A DNA stretch of 30,149 nucleotides, taken from a virus (lineage: Duplodnaviria; Caudoviricetes). The position numbers were made by a program, and so were the translations under genes. Of this stretch, positions 15,204 to 23,265 are shown one piece after another (positions within the stretch are counted from its first letter, which is position 1; every line of letters begins with the position of its first letter). Location: IMG/VR virus record IMGVR_UViG_3300042387_001520, positions 1 through 30,149 of that record; one strand, given 5' to 3'. The notes beneath the pieces were generated by a model. That model was not told where the DNA came from. It ran no database searches and saw only the letters and a list, made by a program, of their open reading frames with translations.

Positions 15204-15778
15204 AATCACGACTCATTGTCATCGACACGGAGACGGGGGGCTTTGACCCCTCGAAGAATGCGCTTCTTAGCGTGGCGGCGGTGGATTCCATGGATAACGA
15301 GGCGTTTACTGCGATTATCAGGCCAAACCCTGAGTGGCTTTGCGAGCCGGATGCGCTGGCAAAGAATGGCTTTACTCTCGATTTTCTGGAAAAAAACGGG
15401 CGGCCGGAGCGCGATGTGATGCAGGATCTGGCCCTCTGGCTGGGTGAGCGGCGCTACTCGGTGCTGGCTGGCTGCAATGTGGCGTTCGACCGCGACTTCC
15501 TGCGGGCGGCGTTTGCGCGGAATGAACTGACTTGGCCGATGGGCAAGATGGTGGACCTGCAAGCGACGGCGTGGCTGGCCTACGAGGTGGGGGCTCTCAC
15601 CCTGCCGGTGGGCAAGGATGGGCAGCCTCGGCTGAATCTGGACCATATCGCAGCGGCGCTGGGCTTCTCCCGATCTGGCAAGACGCACAATGCGCTGGAA
15701 GATGCGCTGATGACGCTGGCGTGCTTCCACCGCCTGCGTCGGCGCGTGGAGATGGCACCTGAGCCTATCACCGCATGA
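15200..15778 (+). CDS. DEDDh 3'-5' exonuclease (DnaQ/RNase T-like)
   Basis: ExoI VIDTETGG, ExoII GCNVAFDRDFL, ExoIII HNALEDA. Confidence 0.9.
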   Translation: MKSRLIVIDTETGGFDPSKNALLSVAAVDSMDNEAFTAIIRPNPEWLCEPDALAKNGFTLDFLEKNGRPERDVMQDLALWLGERRYSVLAGCNVAFDRDFLRAAFARNELTWPMGKMVDLQATAWLAYEVGALTLPVGKDGQPRLNLDHIAAALGFSRSGKTHNALEDALMTLACFHRLRRRVEMAPEPITA

Positions 15779-15987
15779 AAGGCGTGGACTACGACCAGCA
15801 CCAGACGCAGAACGCCCAATCAAACTCCGTGCAAGCCCTGGAGCCGGGCGATGCACGGGTGGGTTGGATCTCTGTGCGCGACAGCCGGGCGATCTCGGCG
15901 GCCTGCGACCGCTGGCTGGAAAAAAGAGGCGTCCGGACGCGCAGCGTTTGGTGGGACTCTCAGCTTCAAAATCGAAAGAAAAAATAG
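15775..15987 (+). CDS. Hypothetical protein
   Basis: 70 aa, ATGA overlap with the exonuclease gene. Confidence 0.55.
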   Translation: MKGVDYDQHQTQNAQSNSVQALEPGDARVGWISVRDSRAISAACDRWLEKRGVRTRSVWWDSQLQNRKKK

Positions 15988-15990
15988 AAA

Positions 15991-16872
15991 ATGCACTTTT
16001 ACAGATTTAATATCAAGGACTATGCGGTTAATACAACGCATCTCACTAATGAGGAAGATTTAGCGTATCGCAGGCTTCTTGACCTCTACTACACTGACGA
16101 ACAACCTATACCAAACAATAACCAATTGGTTAGTCGTAGGATTCGTATTGCGGCAGAAGTTGTCGATGTTGTGTTGAACGAGTTCTTCGTGCTCACGGAA
16201 AATGGCTGGATTTGCGGCCGAGTAGAGGAAGAAATCGAAGGTTACCGGAATCTTTGCCGTAAGCGTAAAGAGGTGGGGGCCAGTGGTGGACGCCCTCCAA
16301 AAAAACAAGCTAAACCAAAAGGAAAGCAAGATGAAACCAATAGGTTAGCAATTGCGCCGATACCAGTAACCAATAACCAGTATATATCCCCTATAGTCCC
16401 CACAGGGGACATGGAGTTGGAAATCGAAGAAACTCCAAAGCCAGAAACGACGCATCCTGTCCTGACCCGCTTCCGAAATCTCTTCAACCTTCGAGACTCG
16501 ACACCTCTTGACTCCTCCTCCTCCCGTGCTTGGGAGAAAAATAAAAAAGCGGCGGTGGCCGTGAGCGAAGATGATTGGCGCTTCCTGGAGTGGGCCTATC
16601 GGCAAAAAGAAGGCGCGGCGGCGCAGTTTCGCCGCAAGGACTTAGCTACGCTTTTGAATAACATTCTCACCGAGGTGAGCCGGGCAAGGGATTGGGCAGG
16701 GCGCAGTGGGGCGAGCGTGAGCGCAACGGCTCCTGTCTCCACCGAACCCGCTGGATGGCGTGATCTTATCGAGACGGAATTTCCCGAAGTGAACCTCACC
16801 ACTTGGGCGCTTCTCCCCGACAGCATGAAATCTTGGGTTCGTGAAAAACAACGCGAACTCGCAGCAGCATAA
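15991..16872 (+). CDS. Phage replication initiator, YdaU/DUF1376-like N-terminus
   Basis: FYRFNIKDYAVNTTHLTNEEDLAYRRLLDLYYTDEQPIP ... VLNEFF ... GGRPPKK; upstream of DnaB; internal iteron-like repeats. Confidence 0.85.
   Translation: MHFYRFNIKDYAVNTTHLTNEEDLAYRRLLDLYYTDEQPIPNNNQLVSRRIRIAAEVVDVVLNEFFVLTENGWICGRVEEEIEGYRNLCRKRKEVGASGGRPPKKQAKPKGKQDETNRLAIAPIPVTNNQYISPIVPTGDMELEIEETPKPETTHPVLTRFRNLFNLRDSTPLDSSSSRAWEKNKKAAVAVSEDDWRFLEWAYRQKEGAAAQFRRKDLATLLNNILTEVSRARDWAGRSGASVSATAPVSTEPAGWRDLIETEFPEVNLTTWALLPDSMKSWVREKQRELAAA
16313..16380. repeat. Putative replication origin iterons within the initiator gene
   Basis: AACCAAAAGGAAAGCAA (16313) and AACCAATAGGTTAGCAA (16335), 22 bp apart; related palindrome AACCAATTGGTT at 16120; TACCAGTAACCAATAACCAG at 16361-16380; AT-rich surroundings. 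Confidence 0.55.
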
Positions 16873-16883
16873 TAAAAACCAAC

Positions 16884-17201
16884 ATGATACAAACAATCGA
16901 AACAATAGAAAAAGAAGGCGTGGTCTATGTCGTGACACGGCATAACCCCGAGTGCAAGAATGATTTCCTGCAATGGCAGGTGGGCGTCTATGAGAGCCGC
17001 CCAGTCGAAGACCCGATCTACGAGACCATGTGGCGCGAGGATGGATCGCCGGTGACAAGCGATGATGGGGCAATCCAATACCGCCTCATGGGTTACGAGT
17101 TGAATACACGGGTGTCGTGTCAGGTTTTCAACCTCCTCGGGTTTGGCTCAAATTTAAAAAAGGCGCGGGCCATGGCGAAACATAAACTCCTCGCTGCGTG
17201 A
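16884..17201 (+). CDS. Hypothetical protein
   Basis: 105 aa between the initiator and the helicase. Confidence 0.65.
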   Translation: MIQTIETIEKEGVVYVVTRHNPECKNDFLQWQVGVYESRPVEDPIYETMWREDGSPVTSDDGAIQYRLMGYELNTRVSCQVFNLLGFGSNLKKARAMAKHKLLAA

Positions 17202-18568
17202 TGAAAAGCATCCTTCCCGAAAATCAAATCGCCGAAAAAGCCGTGGTCGGCGCGGCGATCACCGATGGCCGCACGGCAGATAGCGTGTTGGAGGCGCTGT
17301 CGCCCGAGCAGTTTGTGCTGCCCGCGCATCAGACGATCATGGGTATTGTCGCCGCCATGCGGCAGGCTGCCCGGCCGGTGGACCTTATCCTGGTGACGAC
17401 CGAGTTGGAGAAGGCGGGCCAGCTTGAGGAGTGCGGCGGCTATGCCTATGTGACTGAGCTGGTGCAGGAACTATCCATCACGATGAATTGGCGGCACTAC
17501 GCTGCCGAGGTGCTGGATGTCTGGAAACGCCGTGCCATGCGCCAAGCGGCCCTCGCCATGGCCGAGGCGGCAAACGACTTTGCACTCACCACAGAGGATG
17601 CCCAAGAACGCTGCGAGCAGGCGCTGTATGCCCTCCGAGAGCACTCGACAAGGGAAAACCCTGTCTCGCACTGCAAAAACGCCGTGCTGGCCGCCGTGGA
17701 GCATATCGAGAAGGTGTATCACACCCGAGGCGAGACCGTGGGGCTGGAGACCGGCATCCATGATCTGGACCGCTCGACCGGCGGGTTCCTCGGCGGGCAG
17801 ATGATCGTCATCGCCGCTCGCCCTGCCTGTGGCAAATCGGCGCTTGGCATGCAGATAGCCCTCCACGCGGCCATGCAAAATGCCGTGCCGACGCTGGTCT
17901 TTTCGGTGGAAATGCCCAGCTCCGAGCTGATGATTCGAGCGATCTGCTCCGAGGCAGGCTTGGACCTCCAGCGCACACGCGACGGGTTTTTTGACGGCCG
18001 AGCCATGGGGAATGTCTCGGGCGCAGCCACCCGGCTGGTGCAGAGCAAGCTCTACCTCGACGACACGCCGGGCCTCACCGTGGCGCAATTCCGCAGCCGG
18101 GCGCGGCGGGCCAAGTCGCAGCACGGCCTCGGCCTCATCGTGGTCGATTACCTGCAATTCATGCACGGATCCTCCAAGCGGGCAGGCGAGAGCCGGGCGC
18201 TGGAAGTGAGCGAGATTTCCAAGGCGCTCAAGACCACGGCCAAGGAGCTGAACATCCCCATCATCGCCCTGGCGCAGCTCAACCGCGACGCCGACGAAGG
18301 CTCCAAGCCAAAGCTCTCGAACCTCCGCGAATCCGGCAGCATCGAGCAAGACGCCGACACCGTGCTCCTCATCCACCGCCTGGACAAAAACAAGAAAAAA
18401 TCCGACGCCGACGATGAGCCGATGGATCACAACACCTTGCTCATCCTTGCAAAACAAAGAAACGGCCCGACGCCGGAAATCAAAATGAACTTCATCGGCC
18501 AGCACACGCTTTTCAAAAATGTGACCGAAAAGGCGTATAGCAACAACCAGAACGAAAGACAGAAGTAA
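17198..18568 (+). CDS. dnaB: Replicative DNA helicase DnaB
   Basis: AARPACGKS (Walker A), FSVEM, IVVDYLQ, LAQLNR, LRESGSIEQDAD, KQRNGP. Start is GTG 17198 or ATG 17201. Confidence 0.96.
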   Translation: MMKSILPENQIAEKAVVGAAITDGRTADSVLEALSPEQFVLPAHQTIMGIVAAMRQAARPVDLILVTTELEKAGQLEECGGYAYVTELVQELSITMNWRHYAAEVLDVWKRRAMRQAALAMAEAANDFALTTEDAQERCEQALYALREHSTRENPVSHCKNAVLAAVEHIEKVYHTRGETVGLETGIHDLDRSTGGFLGGQMIVIAARPACGKSALGMQIALHAAMQNAVPTLVFSVEMPSSELMIRAICSEAGLDLQRTRDGFFDGRAMGNVSGAATRLVQSKLYLDDTPGLTVAQFRSRARRAKSQHGLGLIVVDYLQFMHGSSKRAGESRALEVSEISKALKTTAKELNIPIIALAQLNRDADEGSKPKLSNLRESGSIEQDADTVLLIHRLDKNKKKSDADDEPMDHNTLLILAKQRNGPTPEIKMNFIGQHTLFKNVTEKAYSNNQNERQK

Positions 18569-18579
18569 AAAATAAAACC

Positions 18580-18816
18580 ATGACCATCAGCCACAAATCC
18601 ACGCGCAGCATCACGGAATATCATTTCCAACTTACCTCAGACATCGCCGCCCCAAAGTGTCCGGACACTTTGGGCAAAGTGATCATTACCTTCGAGAACG
18701 GCAAATTTTCTCGGTGCGATTTCCCGTTTAAAGGCACCTATAACCGCGAGCAGTGGTCGATGCTGGCGGAGATCGAGAACGAGATTCACCGCATCGAGCT
18801 AAGTCTTTTGCGATGA
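18580..18816 (+). CDS. Hypothetical protein
   Basis: 78 aa following dnaB. Confidence 0.6.
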   Translation: MTISHKSTRSITEYHFQLTSDIAAPKCPDTLGKVIITFENGKFSRCDFPFKGTYNREQWSMLAEIENEIHRIELSLLR

Positions 18817-19006
18817 GCGAATCGGTAAGCCGTGAGTGCCAGTCGGTGAGAGTCACGCGAGGAGGCCGCAGTCTGAACGGAATTTGCGCGGATGGCTTAA
18901 AAACTAATGACCTCCCTCTGAATGGTCTCCACAAACCACGGACTCAGAGCCGGGGCGCGACGGATACGCGCATTCACCCTTTTAACCCCATACAACACCC
19001 ATAAAT

Positions 19007-19252
19007 ATGTCAATAGTATCTGATTCAGCGATAGCCTGCCCCGCCTGTCACCGCGAGTGGCAGGATCACCCTGGAGTGGCGCATTGTTGCAAGCTCTCGG
19101 TCGAGCTGGCCGCCAACCTCCGCGCCGTCCTCACCTATGTGAAACCACCGGAATACACCCGAGACATCGGCGAGCAGGAGGTTTTCTTCGACCTCATGGA
19201 AAATGCCAGGCGCTTGATCGTGAAAGCGCGAACTTTTGAAAGTGAATTATGA
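19007..19252 (+). CDS. Hypothetical protein with CPAC...HxxxxHCC motif
   Basis: 81 aa; possible metal-binding motif. Confidence 0.6.
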   Translation: MSIVSDSAIACPACHREWQDHPGVAHCCKLSVELAANLRAVLTYVKPPEYTRDIGEQEVFFDLMENARRLIVKARTFESEL

Positions 19253-19434
19253 GTGACGAACAAAAACACGGGGTCATGCTCGGCCAGATAGCCTGCCTGG
19301 TTGAGGAGTTCTGCACCGCAGAAGAAACCACATTACAAGGCGTGGCGCATCTCATGGCCAGGTATTTCGACCTACGAGCAAAGCAAGCATGGGATTTTGT
19401 CGATCAACTCAAAGAGGAGGCCAACGATGAGTGA
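19249..19434 (+). CDS. Hypothetical protein
   Basis: 61 aa, ATGA-coupled. Confidence 0.6.
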   Translation: MSDEQKHGVMLGQIACLVEEFCTAEETTLQGVAHLMARYFDLRAKQAWDFVDQLKEEANDE

Positions 19435-19657
19435 ATTTTTAAGCGAAAACCGGCGACTCCAAGCGGAAGTCGAAAAGCTCATCGAGGAAAACATGAACCT
19501 TACCAGCGTGATCCGCACGCTGCGGAAGAACTTGCGCCATGACAATGAGAAGCTGGAAACGGTGAGTCGTGAGCTATGGCTTTGGAAAAATGGGAGATAC
19601 CATCTCGATTGCGTAGCGACTGAAGACTGCAAGAGTGAAGCAGAGGTGAGGGGATGA
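19427..19657 (+). CDS. Hypothetical coiled-coil protein
   Basis: Start at ATG 19427 (MSEFLSENRRLQAEVEKL) after GAGGAGG. Confidence 0.6.
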   Translation: MSEFLSENRRLQAEVEKLIEENMNLTSVIRTLRKNLRHDNEKLETVSRELWLWKNGRYHLDCVATEDCKSEAEVRG

Positions 19658-20199
19658 CTCCGAACGAAATGCTTTCCATGATCGCGCAGCTCCGGCGCGA
19701 GCGCGACGAGGCGAGGCGGCAGTTTGAAAACTTAAAGGCCGCCGCAATCCACACTTGTCACGATCAATGCCAAAGGCCGATGTGCGTATTGAGGCGCGAG
19801 TGCAATGAGGCGAGGCAGCAATACGACGACCTCGCCACCGAGCATATGCTGGCAGTCAATAAACTCGCTGAAGAGCGCGACCAGGCGCTGATGGATCGTG
19901 CCAATGGGGATATGGCCACAATGACCATCAACCACTACGAAAGACTTATCAAAGAGCGGGACGAGGCGCGAGCCGATGCGGCCAGAATTGCGGACAAATT
20001 GTCCGGATTGGAACTTCGTTCGACTGAGGAGTTGGCGAGGCTGGAGCAAGAACGCAACGAGGCTTTGGCTCAAATCAAAGAGCTAATGTATATCGGGGAA
20101 CGCGCTATTGCGTTGGCTGAAATAGATTTTGAGAACGACAAGTTCGGCGTTGTATCTGAACTCCGGGATGATTTGGCAAAAATAAAGAAATCCAAATGA
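19654..20199 (+). CDS. Coiled-coil protein built from ERDEAR-type repeats
   Basis: RERDEAR, RECNEAR, EERDQAL, KERDEAR, QERNEAL. Confidence 0.7.
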   Translation: MTPNEMLSMIAQLRRERDEARRQFENLKAAAIHTCHDQCQRPMCVLRRECNEARQQYDDLATEHMLAVNKLAEERDQALMDRANGDMATMTINHYERLIKERDEARADAARIADKLSGLELRSTEELARLEQERNEALAQIKELMYIGERAIALAEIDFENDKFGVVSELRDDLAKIKKSK

Positions 20200-20378
20200 A
20201 CTCCCTGCGCGACTACATCGCTTTCCGCCGGATCGACGCCACCCATGCGCTGAACCTTCTTCAAGACGCCGGGGTTATCTCCGATCTGTGCGTGACGGTC
20301 GATGATGTTGGCGATGCTGGGAAGGCCGTAGCCTGGTTAAGCCTGCATGAACACGAACTGAAAAGGGCTGCAAAATGA
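20196..20378 (+). CDS. Hypothetical protein
   Basis: 60 aa, ATGA-coupled. Confidence 0.6.
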   Translation: MNSLRDYIAFRRIDATHALNLLQDAGVISDLCVTVDDVGDAGKAVAWLSLHEHELKRAAK

Positions 20379-20557
20379 AAGAAGTAGATTGTCTCGTGCA
20401 TACATCCGCTGATGATTTGCGGGTTCAAACCAAGTATTTCCGCATGACGGGCGTTTATCCTGAGAGCGCTGTTTTGCGTGAAGCTCACGAAACTTGCGTG
20501 CGGCTTGGCTACAAAACGAAAGCGAAAATTTTGCAGCCTCTTCTCAAGCGCCCATGA
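20375..20557 (+). CDS. Hypothetical protein
   Basis: 60 aa, ATGA-coupled to terL. Confidence 0.55.
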   Translation: MKEVDCLVHTSADDLRVQTKYFRMTGVYPESAVLREAHETCVRLGYKTKAKILQPLLKRP

Positions 20558-22257
20558 TTCCCCAAACGCAAAACCCTGTTATCCCGCTCATCGAGGTTGA
20601 AGGCCGGTTGGCCGATGGACGCTTTGTTGTTCGGTATCAAGGCCAGAAAGTCGCCGCCACGGAGGCGCAGTTGCTTGCCATTCACCGCGAGCGGGAAGAG
20701 CAGATCGCCCGCATGGTCGAAGACCCTTGGCGGTATGGCTGGCTGAATCCAGCCTGGGAGCGGGCGGATGCGGCTTATGCGGAGCTGCGGGAGAGATTCC
20801 CGAAGGGCGTCACGGAGCTGCTTATCCTCGGCGGCAACCGCTCGGGCAAGTCGCGTTACTTTGCACGGAAGGCGATGCAGCATTTGGTGAACACGCCGGG
20901 CGCGAAGGTGTGGTGCCTGCAATCCACCGAAGCGGCATCCATCCAAAACCAACAGCCCTATTTGTGGGAGTATCTGCCGAAAGAATGGAAACCCTCCGCC
21001 AGCGGCAAGCTCAAGAAGGGCGCGGTGGCGAATATCACCTACTCGCAGAAGGGCGGCTTCACCGAGAACAGCTTCGTGCTGCCGAATGGCTCGCAGTGTT
21101 GGTTCAAGTTCTACTCGATGGATGTTTCCTCGATTGAGGGTGCGGAGTTGAATTTTTGTTGGGCAGACGAACTAGTAACCCCCGACTGGCTGGAAGCACT
21201 TCGTTTTAGGCTACTTACGCGAGACGGTGAACTCGGCATCGGCTTCACGCCGGTGGAAGGCTACACGACCACGGTCAAAGAATACCTCGACGGCGCAAAG
21301 ACATTGGAAGAATGCGACGCCCCGCTCCTGCCGCGCTACCGCGATGGCAACTTGATCGGCTTAGAGCAAGTGCCGCGCATCCAGCAATGCACCAGGGAAA
21401 AAGCCCGCGTCGTTTATTTCCACACCTCGGACAACCCCTACGGCAACCCCGAGGCTATGGAGACCGAGCTGCGCGGCAGCAACCGCGAGCGAATCTTGAT
21501 GCGTGCCTACGGCGTGCCGACCAAGGCGAGGATGTCGATGTTTCCAAAATTCCGCGACACGGTTCATGTGGTGCCTGCCGACAAGGTGCCGGGCGATGGC
21601 ACGGTCTTTCACTTTGTGGACCCCGGCGAGGGCAAGACATGGGCCATGCTTTGGATCCGCTACACGCCGGATGGCCGGTGCTGGATTTACCGCGAATGGC
21701 CGGACCAGATCGAATACATCGAGGGCGTGGGCTATCCCGGCGCGTGGGCCGAGGCAGATGGCAAGCTGCAAGACGGCCGCCCTGGGCCAGCGCAAAAAGC
21801 CTGCGCGGGCTTTGGCTTTGAGGATTACAAACGCATCATCGACGCTGCCGAGAAAACCGACTCCGCCGAGCCCTCCGAGCGTTGGATGGATAGCCGCTAT
21901 GGCAACACGCCGACGATGACACAGGAAGGCGTGCGAACGCTCATCGAGCAATGCAGCGACCGCATCGGTCTCGACTTCCGCGCCACCAGCGGGCAGGCGA
22001 TTGTGGAAGGTGTCACGCTCATCAACGATTGGCTCGCCTACAACGAAGACGCGCCGGTGGATGCGCTGAACTCGCCGCGCCTCTACATCTCTCAACGCTG
22101 TCAGAATCTCATCTATGCGCTGAAAACATGGACCGGTGCCGATGGCAAAAAGGGAGCGACAAAGGACTGGATCGACATTCTCCGCTACATCACGCTCTCC
22201 GGCGTAGGCTACGAAGACCCCGCCATGCTCAAAGCCCGCCCAGGAGGCAGCTATTGA
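20554..22257 (+). CDS. terL: Terminase large subunit
   Basis: Walker A LILGGNRSGKS, Walker B FCWADE, motif III FTP, nuclease-domain FVDPG ... KDWIDILRY; start at ATG 20554. Confidence 0.93.
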   Translation: MIPQTQNPVIPLIEVEGRLADGRFVVRYQGQKVAATEAQLLAIHREREEQIARMVEDPWRYGWLNPAWERADAAYAELRERFPKGVTELLILGGNRSGKSRYFARKAMQHLVNTPGAKVWCLQSTEAASIQNQQPYLWEYLPKEWKPSASGKLKKGAVANITYSQKGGFTENSFVLPNGSQCWFKFYSMDVSSIEGAELNFCWADELVTPDWLEALRFRLLTRDGELGIGFTPVEGYTTTVKEYLDGAKTLEECDAPLLPRYRDGNLIGLEQVPRIQQCTREKARVVYFHTSDNPYGNPEAMETELRGSNRERILMRAYGVPTKARMSMFPKFRDTVHVVPADKVPGDGTVFHFVDPGEGKTWAMLWIRYTPDGRCWIYREWPDQIEYIEGVGYPGAWAEADGKLQDGRPGPAQKACAGFGFEDYKRIIDAAEKTDSAEPSERWMDSRYGNTPTMTQEGVRTLIEQCSDRIGLDFRATSGQAIVEGVTLINDWLAYNEDAPVDALNSPRLYISQRCQNLIYALKTWTGADGKKGATKDWIDILRYITLSGVGYEDPAMLKARPGGSY

Positions 22258-22274
22258 CACCCTCACCCTATAAT
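22254..22274 (+). promoter_or_regulatory. TTGACA-N9-TATAAT motif (copy 2)
   Basis: TTGACACCCTCACCCTATAAT, 9 nt before ATG 22284. Confidence 0.55.
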
Positions 22275-22283
22275 CAAAAAAGC

Positions 22284-22436
22284 ATGAAACTTCTCCGTCG
22301 CCGCGATGTCATGGCCCGCCTGGGCGTCACTGCAAAGCAAATCACCAAACTCATCGACTCGGGCATTCTTCGCCCGATCTGCAAACGCGGATGCCGCGCT
22401 TGGTATCGCGCCGCTGATTTAGAAAAACTCGCATGA
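22284..22436 (+). CDS. Small winged-HTH DNA-binding protein (AlpA/MerR/Xis-like)
   Basis: MKLLRRRDVMARLGVTAKQITKLIDSGILRP...RAWYRAADLEKL. Confidence 0.75.
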   Translation: MKLLRRRDVMARLGVTAKQITKLIDSGILRPICKRGCRAWYRAADLEKLA

Positions 22437-22699
22437 ACGAAAAACGAATCCGATTTGATGGCACCCTGAGCCGAAACAAAAAACAGGAAAAGCCAACGCA
22501 GCCTTCGCATAGAGGGTCATGCACCATCGAAGGCGTTGCCTACTGGATCAGCGGCTATGTCAACGAGAACCGCGACAACGGCGAGAAGTATTTCAAGCTC
22601 TACTTTGAACCAAAGAAAACCGAAGCAGCAAGCGAAGCCGCGCCAGCCGCAGAGCCAGTCGCCGTGCCGCTCTCCGAGTCTCCTGACATTCCTTTTTGA
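22433..22699 (+). CDS. Putative ssDNA-binding protein (DUF736-like) with SSB-type C-terminal tail
   Basis: GTLSRNKKQEKPTQPSHRGSCTIEGVAYWISGY...KYFKL; ends in acidic DIPF. Confidence 0.65.
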   Translation: MNEKRIRFDGTLSRNKKQEKPTQPSHRGSCTIEGVAYWISGYVNENRDNGEKYFKLYFEPKKTEAASEAAPAAEPVAVPLSESPDIPF

Positions 22700-22935
22700 T
22701 GAGTGCTGAAGACCTACAAGCCGCATGGTGCGTGCCGCCCGAGGAACTCTGGTTCCGCAGCGTCATCGCAAAAATAAACGACGCCATCGAAGACGCTGCC
22801 GAAATTACCTGCATGCCGCAAACCGCACAGAACCCCGGCCTGCTCGCCCACAGCGCAGGCGGCTTGGAAGCCCTTCGCACCTTGCGCGAAGAAATCGAGC
22901 GCACCCGCGCCGAGGCATTCGATTCCAAGAAATAA
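22699..22935 (+). CDS. Small helical head-module protein
   Basis: 78 aa; LAHSAGGLEALRTLREEI resembles the small gene preceding the scaffold in podovirus-like head modules. Confidence 0.55.
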   Translation: MSAEDLQAAWCVPPEELWFRSVIAKINDAIEDAAEITCMPQTAQNPGLLAHSAGGLEALRTLREEIERTRAEAFDSKK

Positions 22936-23075
22936 ATCGTCGGACCTTTTGTTCTCTGCCAGAGGCAGGAAACCTACAGAGGCTTGACCACTGAGCCAGC
23001 AATGCAAATCAGTGGTAACTTCCCCCTCCTCCGTGCTCTCCGTGTCCTCCGTGGTTAATCTTTTCTGCAATCTTT

Positions 23076-23124
23076 TTAGCCCCCGTTAGCCCCCATTTAG
23101 TCCCGTTTGCACCCGTTGCGCCCG
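23076..23124 (+). repeat. Five degenerate 10-bp tandem repeats
   Basis: TTAGCCCCCG TTAGCCCCCA TTTAGTCCCG TTTGCACCCG TTGCGCCCG. Confidence 0.7.
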
Positions 23125-23265
23125 CAGCCTCTTCCGCTCTGCAAATTTGGCGGGCAGATTCCGATTTACCGCGAGTGCTGAACTACTCGCCGCCTGCGCG
23201 TGGAACCCGTGCGTGCTGGCAACCACCTTAGTTCTGACACCGCGACTTGGACGCAACGAAAAACC

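Noticed and set aside
14980-23057. DGR template/variable repeat pair (differences only at A positions)
   Set aside because: Only 29 bp long, inverted, all changes are A/G, and no reverse transcriptase is present in the window.
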